Source: Haplodiscus bocki (lineage: Eukaryota). From it: DNA of 64,000 nucleotides. The stretch spans positions 85,126,001-85,190,000 of the forward strand of contig OZ296648.1 in NCBI GenBank assembly GCA_965655095.1, in the 5' to 3' direction. Position 1 is the stretch's first letter. Every line of letters begins with the position of its first letter. Shown here piece by piece: positions 36,301 through 45,803 of the stretch. The translations under genes were made by a program, and so were the position numbers. Under the pieces are notes generated by a model, which saw only the letters and a program-made list of their open reading frames with translations, ran no database searches and was not told the DNA's origin.

Positions 36301-39300
36301 AGACAAATTTGGAGGGGGTGTCCCTGTCATAGCTGACGGTGGCATTAAAAACACAGGCCATATCATCAAGGCATTATCACTTGGAGCATCCACCGGTTAG
36401 TAGAAGTTTATCAATTTATCCTAAACATATTTTGGGCCAATTACCTGAAACTGAATACTGTGGAATTTTGTTTTCGAATGGGACCTTTGATTGGCTTTTT
36501 TTAACAACTTAAGTTTGTTGCCGTAAATGGTTGACCATGAAATTTAACCTTTAATCAATTGTCCAAACTAGGCAAATGAGAAAGTTCATTTTGAAGAATA
36601 ATGAATTATAGCAAATCGTAGAAAATTAACCGACTATCTATTCAAGATCCAAGTTCTAAGTTTTTTTTGAGTAGGTCCTAGAGTTTTAACGATACAATGA
36701 CTAGCAATCAGTCCTGAAATATGGTGAGCATGATTTGTAAGTCTAGCGACAAGCTGACCATCTTTTGAACTTTGTCCGTTGTTGGAATCCTCAAGCGAAT
36801 TCTGCTTTCCAAGCTAATCACACTTACGTCGAAGTGCACTCAAGCGAAGTAGCAAATTTTAGTCCAGATAGGTTGAATGTATGATTGAAGTGCAGGTTCT
36901 GGGTTCGACTCTGGTTGGCGACAGCTTTTGTTTTAATCGGTTATGAATTATTTAACCCGTAAGGACGGAGCAATTTCACATTCGCAGGCCGAGGCTGTGA
37001 TAGTCCCCGAATGCACCTCAGTTTTGACATTTGTCTTTTGCTTTCAGTCATGATGGGTTCAATTTTGGCGGGATCTACGGAAGCACCGGGCGAATACTTC
37101 TTCGCCGAAGGACACAGACTGAAAAAGTTTCGAGGTATGGGTTCTTTGGACGCCATGGACCAGGGAAAAGCTGCCCAGCAGCGATACTTCTCGTAAGTGT
37201 AAAATACAATGGTACAGTTCAGATTCTACACCATCACAAATACAAATTCCTTCAAAAATCACTTGATGTAAACCATGAATAGTTTCCATAAAAATTATTT
37301 AATTGAATTTTTTCACTCAGCATTGCTGATCTATTTTGATTTTTCGAAATTGGCAACAGAGATTACGGGTACGTGTTTTGGTGTTCACTTTGCAGAAACA
37401 CTTTTCAATTTTTAGTGTTAGCAGCTACGCAGCTTGTATTGCTCTATGTACTACTATCACTTTTCTCAAATTGTTCTTATCCCATATCAATCGATATCAA
37501 GCATTTAGTGCTTTTCGTTTATCCTTTAACCTTTTAGATGTCAAATGGCATGTAAAACTTTTGTTGTGTAGAAAGACGAAACCGATGCTTGCAGGTAAAA
37601 AATGGCCAAAAGAATAAATTATCAAGAGAAATTTGTCTCGCATGTTCTTGAACCAAAAATGCATGTCATTACAGGTTTTCAAAATTTTACTCAATCTTTT
37701 CTGCGGAAATCGAATTTGCTTCTGCCATGAGAATTGCTGTGAATTGCAGGAAAAATTGTAGTGGTTACAACATTTTTCTCATCGCTGACGCTTGGTGTGA
37801 ATTAAATGAAAAGTAAATTTTTTCTAGAATCAGGTTTCGTTTCGATTGCTCAGCAGTTTCGAGATTATATTTTCTCTTCGAATAGTACTCGAGGTTTTAA
37901 CCCATTTAACAACAATCGGTACAAAGGAGTGAAGGCGGTTCGTTGTAACAAGCTAGAATGGCCAGAGTCGGCTCCCCGTTAGGGTCAGAATACTCGTATG
38001 GCAGCCCTTCTCACACATTCTGACTGGTATTCGAAACCGGCTTAGGCATGTTTTTTGTATCTTGTCCAAAACTTGCATTTTATGAAGTCATCAGAGAGTC
38101 TATTCATCTTGTACAACGGTCAAAAACGGCGTCTTTTTGGCTGTTCTTGTTTATTTGCGCATTCTGTTTTTTTGAACTTTGTTCTGAAAAATGAACAACA
38201 GCGTACTAAAATCTTATCTTTCACATTTCAAAGCTTTGAATGTGAGACAGCGTAGGCAGTGTATTAGGTAACCCCAAAAAACATCGCATGTATAAATTAA
38301 GAGCTCTCAAATCAGTTAATATTAGTAAACAAGACATCGGAACTTCTTTCAAGTTGGCACACGCCGCCATTCAATCGTCAAATTGACACTTCCGCTGAAT
38401 CTCAACTTGTGAAAATGACCACTTTAGTTTCAAATTATGAAAGTTCATTAATCATGCATTTCTTCTTGATGTTTCGAAGTGTAACGAGTCCTCATGATTA
38501 ACGAGTGATATAAGAAACTTTTGAAGTTGTTTTGACGTCTTGTTAACAAGTATTGGCCATTTTGAGAGCTCGAAATTTTTAAATGTAACGTTTTTTTAGG
38601 ACACATAGTACTGTTTCATTTTTTTGGCGTTATTTCACTGTGTAAGTCTTTTAAACATGAGGTCGCAAAGTAGCGAACCTAAGAAGTCATATTGGCAGAT
38701 CACTTTTTCCAGTATCTGACACTTACATGTTCTTGCATCATTTCGACTTCTTCGAACAACCTTTTGACAGACATCTGGTATAGAATTAAAAAGTGTCAAT
38801 CATGTATCCGATCAAGGTTTAAATATCTCTCAGGGTCTTTGATTTGTTCAAAATCTTTGATCTCAACTAACAATTCAATTGTTGCGAAGTTCCGCTTCTT
38901 CTCTGTGTCAATAGCTTTGTGTTCACTAGTGTTGGTCTGTCCCGGAAATGTCCGCATACCAAGTGGAAGTTAATAATTCCTCAAATATCCGCCTGCAATC
39001 ACACATCATTTTTGGGCAGATAATCGACGGCGTGGAAAGCCGATAGAGTGGGTATGAGTTCGAGGATCTTATTTTAATGAAATGTCAAAAGTAATTTTGT
39101 CGAGGTTGGCGTATAATCGAGTTCGGCGGATTATTAATCTTCCTAAAAAGCGTACCGGGAAAAACGAAGGATTGTCTGGATTTGTTTAACTTCAAAGTCC
39201 CGTTTGACGTAACTTTTCCTACTGCACCTGGCTGGCAATCCAAAATAAAATGCTTCGTTTTGTTAGGCAATAACTTATGCTGGAATTTGCTAAAATTTCG

Positions 39301-42300
39301 CAACCTATTTAAAGAATGGTTCCAGTTGGCTGAAGAACGGGAAGCTAATCAATGGAAATCGATAGAGCAAAAAATTGTGTAAATTTACCGTTAAACGAAG
39401 TCCCAGGAGGCTCGATTCGACGCTGCACATGAGGCTCAGATAGAAGGGGCACCGTGATAATCTTGATTCTCGGAAATCTTTTCTCGAAAATTCTCGGAGG
39501 TTTTTGATTTTGCGAAAGGGTGTATTACGAAAATTTCTAGTGCTCTTCACTTTCAAATTTACATTCACTAGTGGTTTAAATCACTGTCTTGTGCCTGGGC
39601 CACGGAAATACGAGTTGTGCTCTCCAAAAACTAGAAGTCACTTTGGGTTTCTTTCGCATTGAATCTGAAGAAAAAACGACATCTCCTAAAGTCGCCTTTC
39701 AATTCAAGTAAAGCGCCGCCCACGAAAAATCGACTTTTCATTGCTACATTGAATTACGTTTCAGTGTATAATAGGCTTCAAAATCATTGGTCAGTTTTTG
39801 TTGGAACATAGTCAAAATGGCCCATTTCGATAAGTGAAACTCGATAAATGCTATTTACACATTTTGACTAAACGGAAGAATGTGTATTAAGACCGGCGTA
39901 TGCTTAGTTTTTTGTCTTGTAGAAAACTTGCATTTTTTACGCCATGAGGGAGTCTAGTCATCTAGTGTAAACGGTCGAAAATGGCCTCTTTTTGGCAGGC
40001 GCTTGTTCATTTTCGCGTTTTTTGCTGTGCAAACTTAAAAATTTGGCAGCAATTTGGCGTAACTTGAAAAGACATGGTTGACTTATCAAATTTTCGAGTA
40101 TAAGACCCCGTGGTAGTTACTTGTATCACTTCGGCTTTCTCGAACGAACTTTTGATTGACAGCTGGTGTAGTAATTCTAAAGATGTCAATCACGTCTCCA
40201 ATCATGGTTCCAAATGTAATTCGGGAGCTGTGATCTCAACTGGCAAGTCAATGTGTGGCGAAGTTCCGTTTCGCCTCTCCGTTTGTTCTAGTATCAGAAC
40301 TGCAAAGGGTGATTGATATTTTATAAGCTGTTAGTGTTGTTAGCCATTGGGCTTAAGGCCTGTTGATTTTAATTTAAGGCCTCTCATAAGACTGTGGAAT
40401 AGAGCGGGGGCTCGGGATAATTATAAGTCCCTTGGGCTCCAGTTGTAAAAGAACGGCTGTGAAATTTTCAATTTGATCTATTTTAAGCTCATGTTAGATT
40501 TCTTTTTTACAAAGTGGTGATGGAAACTCGAAAATACCGAATCATTAGAGAATGAGAATGAAACATTCTGATCATTAATCAAAATTCATACGAAAATATA
40601 GATGCTACGTAATGAATACGCTCCTTCGATCTCAATCAATTACATGAAATATGTCACAAGGCCTGTAGATTTTTACTTTCTTCTGTTTAGGGGGGCGAGC
40701 GAGCGAATTGAGTGAAGGCCTCTTTTATCACGTTCTTTTTGAGCGATTTTTGCCCCAATTTTGCGATTTTTGCCGACCAAAACAATTTTTGACCGGCTAA
40801 AATTTATTGGAATCTACATTTATTGGATGAAATTACACCTTTTTTCTGCATAACACCCTTTTTTTGAGTTTTTGCTCAAAATAACAAGGAGTTCAACTAT
40901 TTTTACATGAATTTCTCTATTTTCGCCAAACCGAAATAACTTATACCTAGAAAGTATTCAAATTGGAACTAGAGCATATATGTTTTTTGAGAAAACTACT
41001 CTTATTTGCCAAGAAAGCACTATTTTCGTGTTTTATTAATGTGCGAAAAAAAACCTCATTTTGGTCTATTTACGGTGTTTTCCGTTTTTCTGCCTGCTCA
41101 ACTTTCTTTTTACTACGCAATCAAAATAGATTTATTACAATTTATCAAATTTCAAACTTTTGGAAATTTTGCTGGAAAAGTGCATATTTAGTATTTTAGA
41201 GTTCGCCAAACGTGGCTAGTTTCGCTTTTTTCCAGAATGTTGTCAATTTTGCTTTTTTTCTCAAACTTTTAGCTACTAGACTGAAGTAACACCCTACAAA
41301 AGCTCTAATTTAGCAAAATGCCGAAGAGTTTCCTATGTTCCTCGATATAGATTTCTCAGTGGCTCAGATCTCGTTTTGACGCTTTTAAGTCAGCCGAACA
41401 TCGCTAACTCCGTGATTTTTCCAGAATTTTAGTGCTTTCGACATCCATATCAACTTTCTTATTGAGGTTTTCCGATGGTTTAATGTTGCCAAAAAATAGC
41501 GAAATTTCCGCCCATTTTGCCTTTGACAACTGCAATATAAACTCTTAAGGAGAGCCATATTTTTGAACTCACGTAAAAAGCTTTTTGTAAGCAAGCGGTC
41601 TTTTTTGGCGATTCAGAGTAAGCAAAAAAAGCTTGGTTCGTGATATTTCTGTGATAAGCTGTTGTTCTTTGGCCTTCGAGATAAACTATTTAGCTACAAA
41701 TGCAGCAAATACGACGAAAACTAGTAGTGGTCTACACAGGTTTCTCAAGCTTCATTCTTGACAACGAATTTACTTTTTGAGCGAAGACCGAGCCTCCTCG
41801 CACTCTAGGGTGGCTGTTTTTTCTTCCCTTTTCGCAAATCTTTGACTGGCCAGCAAAGCGATGGTGAAGCTGCTACTTTCTACTTATTTTCATTCGTTTA
41901 TTTTCATTTTCGCTTCCTCGGTGAGAGAAAACGTCATGATTTACTCTTCGATTTGACGTACGTATAGGTATTGATTCAAATTTTTGCAAATTTTTTTGAT
42001 TGAATTGGCATCTTATTTAGCTTTTTCGAAGTATCAGCAACTTTTTGCTGAATTGGCGCCGTTCATTTTTTATAGTTCTATATGCTTACCGTCTTTTGCC
42101 TACCATCCCTGATGCTTATTTTTTTCCTTCTTGAATAGATTTGACTAGCCGTCTGAGCGATAGAAAAGTGAATTGGCGAAGTAGTGTAGTTTAATTCAAT
42201 CTACTTAGCTAGTCAAAGAATGCCTCTGTTAACTTTCGTTTACTATTGAGAGGATCATATGGCTGCAAATTTATTTAATTTTTTCAATTTTATGTCAATG

Positions 42301-45300
42301 AATTCGAATTTTTCTAAAGCTTGTCATTTTTAAAAGCATCGCTTGATATTTTTATGCTTTTTAAAAGCATCAGTCAATTTACGAATATACGTAAAATTTG
42401 CTTGCTCCCTCCTTTTTGAGTATGCTAATTTTTTTAGTGTCAAATGCCTAGCATTTTTAATGCCTGTGTTTTTCAGTGTTTCGCCAAAGCGGGAAGTTTT
42501 GATAGATATCTATTTTTTGGACATTGAGTAGATTATATAGCCAATGAGCAAACAGCTCTGGTATTGTTAACTTCGCTGTACACTAGTCTTTGCAGTATTC
42601 CAGAAACAAGTATGTACATGCCTGTTCAATTTGTAAATTGGTGCGTTGGTCAAAAGCCTTCATTGAATTTTGTAAAGGCAACAATTGTGCAATTTTCTTA
42701 CCATTTGCGATAGTCCAAAACTGAAAAAAAAAATTGAAAGACCAAAATTGGTGAAACTAGCAAAAGTTTCAACCGACAATTTTCAGTTTGACTAATGTTC
42801 CGGTTATTTCTGTCCACCACATGGGTCCATTTGATTGTCTAGAAACTTCCGAAGATGAATGATCTTCCTTTAATTTTGATATATGATAACCAATTTATCT
42901 AATAGCCCAACACAACTCAGTCCAAATTAACTTTTGTCTGTATCAGTTGCTACATTGCATCAAGCAGCAACAATCTATAGACATTGAATGAATCATTAAA
43001 ACTAGTTTTGGGCATCAAGCTTGTAATGCCCATAGATTTTACTTTTCACGCACTTCGCAAATGCTGGCGTAATAGACGGACTGGACTGACCGAGGCTGAG
43101 CGCTTAAGTGCTATCGTGAACAAGACAATTTCCACTTATTATTTACTTCATTCTTTTGTATCTACTTTCTCGCTCCCCAACTTAGAGCGAATGTCACTAT
43201 TTACTCTTACATTTGAAGTACTTGATTCAAATATTCCCAAATTTGTCAATTTAATTTTCCGCTTTTTCGAAGTAGACTATTCATCGTGTCAAAATAAATT
43301 GTTGATTCTAAAAGCGTCGGAAAATTTGGAAGTATTCAAAGCGGTAAAATTTACCAGTAGACCATTGGTAGCGAAATTTTCGACTCTTTGAATAGTGTGC
43401 ATTTTTTAGACGTGATTGGTATTTTTAACTAAATTTGCTTAATTCAACGTTTTTATCATTCAAAGTTCTTAGCGCTTAATGCGTAACGTCCTTTAAGGCT
43501 TTTTTGTACACCCAGTTCATTTTATAAGCAACACTCTTATAGCAACAGACCCTAGAAATGGCCAATTTTTTGAGCATTTCACAAGCAACAGGGCCAGGCT
43601 AGAATCAGGAAGAAACTTTTGTCAAAACGGGGAAAAAGTTGACTCAACAGTGGTTTAATTTTGTCAAAGTTCTGACAAAATAAAATCACTGTTGTCAACT
43701 TTTCCCCGTTTTGACCAAATTTTGGCCTTTTTTCCTGCGTTTTCGGCTACGCAAATAGAGACAAGGACTCAAATCCCCGCTGCCTCCAGTCCGTACACAG
43801 CTATGTGTGAATCCCGGTGGCGAAGTGGTTTAAGATTGCATCTATGTAATTTTAGACCCCTGGGACCCAGGTTCGATTCCCGAATGGAGCGGATTTCTCT
43901 CTTAAATAGAAGCAAACGTAGCCTAGATTTTATGAAATCCTAAGCAATTCGTATGCAACAAATTTGCCAAGAATTGCGTTTTTCTAAGCAATTTGCTGGC
44001 ACGTTTTACCCTAGACCTAATGTAAAGTTGCGTATAAAATGAACTGGGTGTATTTAACATTGAGAAATTCTCAAGTTCACCGATTCCTTAAAAATTTTAG
44101 AAATTCAATTGAAAATTGTTTCTTTCAAGTCAGCACAAATGATCTTGTGTTGCTCATCTATGACCGCCTGCCAGTTTTTCAGCACCAACTTTACATACAC
44201 CGATGACTGAAATACACTGCACAACACTTTTGCGTGCTCTCAACATGTGACAGCGAGACTACCATTGTATTGAGCCAATAGCTGGGCTATAAAACAAATT
44301 ATTAAAGTTTTGTAGTTGTAAAAAATTAATTTCAAGTAATTTTAGTTCCGACGAAGAAGGGTGAGGGTCTTTGAGAAGAGTAATGTATAGTTGACAGAAA
44401 TACTTCACTCCTCTCCCAATGGCTTTGTCCTTTTTTACAGACATTTTCCTCAACTGAAACAACTTTAACCATCTCGCTTTACCCCTAAAATTTTCCTGCT
44501 TTTCGCAGTTTACTTGTAAAAAAATTATCGAAATTGTGTCTGCATGGTTCAGTATGCTTTGGGAGTAAGAAACAAGAGAGGGGCCAGAAATATCTTTGAA
44601 TCATTTTCCTTCACATTACAAATTATTTATAGGAATAGTTTCATAAATTTTATTTGGGCTTTTAGTTTGAATAATGTCGATTTCGCTCAAAATGCGCAAA
44701 AGTAGTGCGAAACCGGGAAGAATAGAAAAATCTTTCCGCATGATTTACATTCATTTTCGAAATATAGTTGGATTGAATGTCGGAACTTCGCTGCTTCTGT
44801 TCGTGAATATTGATCTGTCATCGCTGACAAAATTAAAAGTTTGTCCTAACTCATTGTGAAAATTATTGAAATATTATTTTGATTAGCTGTAAGATGCTAT
44901 TTGGTTCTTTGAAACACTTTTAGACACATAACTACTGACGAGACTCCAATCCCTGATAATTGTTGTACTTTGTAGACAGACCCCTGGATGGTCATAAGGT
45001 GTAAGTGACGTCATAATCTTCATCTTCTAGGGACCAAGATAGAGTTAAAGTAGCACAGGGGGTGTCTGGCAATATAGTGGACAAAGGCAGTGTGCATCGA
45101 ATTGTTCCTTACCTGACGAGTAGCTTACAGCATGGCTTGCAAGACATTGGGGTGAAAAGCGTTAATCAATTGAGGAAGGACGCTCGGTGTGGAAAGATCT
45201 TCTTCGAGAAGCGATCGCCTGCTAGTCAAAAAGAGGGCGATGTACATGGACTTCATTCGTAAGCTCAATTCATTTTTATCCCCGGAAGTGCATTGGCGCT

Positions 45301-45803
45301 TCGTGACTCGATGAGTTAATAGTGTAGTTCAGAAACCGATTAAATCGGCGGCGTAAATGTCAAGAAATGCGTGTGTTTCGGAGGGCAATTTAAAGCCAAA
45401 GCGACATTATTTCGCGGAATTAAACAGGAATTTCGCAGTATTTTTCCCGATATTGGGATGCGAATAGTTCGCGTTGAAAACTTTGCGGAATTGGCGCTAA
45501 ATTTATTCTGTCCTTGGTATATATTGAGATGACCACTCAAATGAATTTGCTCTTTTTCCCACTAGGGTATAAAATTCTGTTCAAAGTTACGATTTTTTTG
45601 GGGTCAAAACTCTAGGACGTATTGCTGATGTTCTTAGTATTGTGAAAAACAAATTGTAGAATAAAATTGAAATAGATAGATGAGCATACAATTGAAATTG
45701 AACTACATTTACACCTCAAGTAAATTTTAAGCTCGGCTATTGTGAAAGTTTCTGAGCATTTGTGATGAACATGTTTGTTAGGTACGAGAAGAGGCTCTTC
45801 TAA
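24167..45803 (+). CDS. IMPDH: Inosine-5'-monophosphate dehydrogenase, 12 coding exons: join(24167..24378,31093..31141,31717..31818,32530..32604,32829..33038,33147..33234,33337..33536,33829..34011,36242..36395,37048..37192,45031..45258,45782..45803); 555 aa, or 520 aa from the ATG at 24272
   Basis: All introns are GT-AG and the frame is continuous (1668 nt). Motifs: [35 protein letters not shown] pair, DSSQGNS, catalytic [35 protein letters not shown]-terminal HSYEKRLF*. Confidence 0.96.
24790..25460. repeat. Three diverged ~160-bp tandem units, interrupted by a foldback element
   Basis: The motif gtacctggttt...attag(g/a)tct.ccaacgc...tgg.ggataatcga recurs near 24804, 24966 and 25384. Confidence 0.6.
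25034..25320. mobile_element. Foldback/MITE-like element with ~110-bp imperfect inverted arms containing tRNA-like A/B boxes
   Basis: Left arm tcgaaagtagtatgt...gaaatcaacgggggg...ggttcgaacctgcacagacggcggg pairs with right arm cccgccgtctgcgcaggttcgaatcc...ccccccgttgatttc...acatactactgtcga. Confidence 0.8.
27120..28345 (-). mobile_element. Degenerate, internally deleted Penelope-like retroelement (PHD finger, RT C-terminal half, GIY-YIG endonuclease) in IMPDH intron 1
   Basis: IFARYVDD (28117-28128), [22 protein letters not shown]; [28 protein letters not shown]...LHE; terminal LEALHI. Frameshifted. Confidence 0.88.
29105..29585 (+). mobile_element. Diverged copy of the HINE-like repeat
   Basis: Colinear with 31174-31680 (cattaagc...tttactctac.atttcaagta...caaaatggt.accatt...gcgtcgaaaaa...gcttaatggctagcatccctgat). 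Confidence 0.65.
29610..30905 (+). mobile_element. Longer HINE-like copy with internal tandem subrepeats
   Basis: Starts with the family head (aagcttaaggcctatagattt) and ends with agcgctcagtgctgagcatcctggatgcc. Internal aaaacttgcatttt...gagtct...cggtcaaaaa units recur and also occur near 38020-38160 and 39850-40270. Confidence 0.5.
31093..31141 (+). CDS. IMPDH: IMPDH exon 2 (49 bp)
   Basis: ttttag|C GAC TTT... = (N)[16 protein letters not shown]|gttggt. Confidence 0.95.
31174..31680 (+). mobile_element. Helentron-associated (HINE/DINE-1-like) non-autonomous element filling most of IMPDH intron 2
   Basis: Perfect 12-bp asymmetric inverted repeat taggcattaagc (31174-31185) / gcttaatgccta (31651-31662), then hairpin gcatc-ctt-gatgc, with T-rich flanks and no TSD. 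Related copies occur elsewhere in the window. Confidence 0.7.
31717..31818 (+). CDS. IMPDH: IMPDH exon 3 (102 bp)
   Basis: [34 protein letters not shown]|gttagt. Confidence 0.96.
32530..32604 (+). CDS. IMPDH: IMPDH exon 4 (75 bp)
   Basis: [25 protein letters not shown]|gtaagt. Confidence 0.96.
32829..33038 (+). CDS. IMPDH: IMPDH exon 5 (CBS1)
   Basis: aag|[12 protein letters not shown]...[12 protein letters not shown]...[11 protein letters not shown]...PVSE|gtgtgc. Confidence 0.94.
33147..33234 (+). CDS. IMPDH: IMPDH exon 6 (88 bp)
   Basis: [29 protein letters not shown](G)|gttaac. Confidence 0.95.
33337..33536 (+). CDS. IMPDH: IMPDH exon 7 (200 bp)
   Basis: (G)[32 protein letters not shown]...GCDVIVI|gttagt. 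Confidence 0.96.
33829..34011 (+). CDS. IMPDH: IMPDH exon 8 (catalytic Cys)
   Basis: [10 protein letters not shown]...[10 protein letters not shown]...[13 protein letters not shown]|gtactc. Confidence 0.96.
35183..35202. repeat. (ACTG)5 microsatellite
   Basis: actgactgactgactgactg. Confidence 0.8.
35770..36083. mobile_element. MITE built from palindromic TCTTGCAAGA subrepeats
   Basis: TIRs ccccagttgaggaaaaacacatttctt / aagaaatgtttttttttgctcaactaggg; many internal tcttgcaaga variants. Confidence 0.85.
36242..36395 (+). CDS. IMPDH: IMPDH exon 9
   Basis: [51 protein letters not shown](V)|gttagt. Confidence 0.95.
37048..37192 (+). CDS. IMPDH: IMPDH exon 10 (145 bp)
   Basis: (V)[47 protein letters not shown](S)|gtaagt. 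Confidence 0.96.
43008..43500 (+). mobile_element. Diverged copy of the HINE-like repeat
   Basis: ggcatcaagctt...catagattttact...gaggctgagcg...agcgcttaatgcgta; colinear with 31174-31680. The 135-aa ORF at 42984-43391 is incidental. Confidence 0.65.
43606..43737. repeat. Nested ~130-bp near-perfect palindrome (hairpin MITE)
   Basis: gtcaaaacggggaaaaagttgac..aacagtggttt.attttgtca / tgacaaaataaaatcactgttgtcaacttttccccgttttgac. Confidence 0.8.
43811..43890 (+). other. tRNA-derived segment (Pol III A and B boxes), not a functional tRNA
   Basis: A box tggcgaagtgg, B box ggttcgattcc; the acceptor stem does not pair convincingly. Confidence 0.55.
45031..45258 (+). CDS. IMPDH: IMPDH exon 11
   Basis: [21 protein letters not shown]...QDIG...[18 protein letters not shown](S)|gtaagc. 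Confidence 0.96.
45782..45803 (+). CDS. IMPDH: IMPDH terminal coding exon 12
   Basis: gttag|G TAC GAG AAG AGG CTC TTC TAA = (S)YEKRLF*, the canonical metazoan IMPDH C-terminus. Confidence 0.95.

Larger units (their letters stand above)
43509..44050. mobile_element. MITE with TA target-site duplication, containing a nested palindrome and a tRNA-like segment
   Basis: ta|cacccagttcattttataagcaac ... gttgcgtataaaatgaactgggtg|ta. Confidence 0.85.

Noticed and set aside
38340-39620. Coding-like relic in IMPDH intron 10
   Set aside because: No recognisable motif or termini; probably a decayed transposon.
43811-43890. Possible real tRNA genes here and at 25100-25190
   Set aside because: A/B boxes are present but the acceptor and anticodon stems do not close, and both lie inside repeats.
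45565-45584. Candidate 20-nt microexon in the last IMPDH intron after a good polypyrimidine acceptor
   Set aside because: Inclusion gives an immediate stop (S-V-*), the donor is weak, and the site looks like a repeat end.
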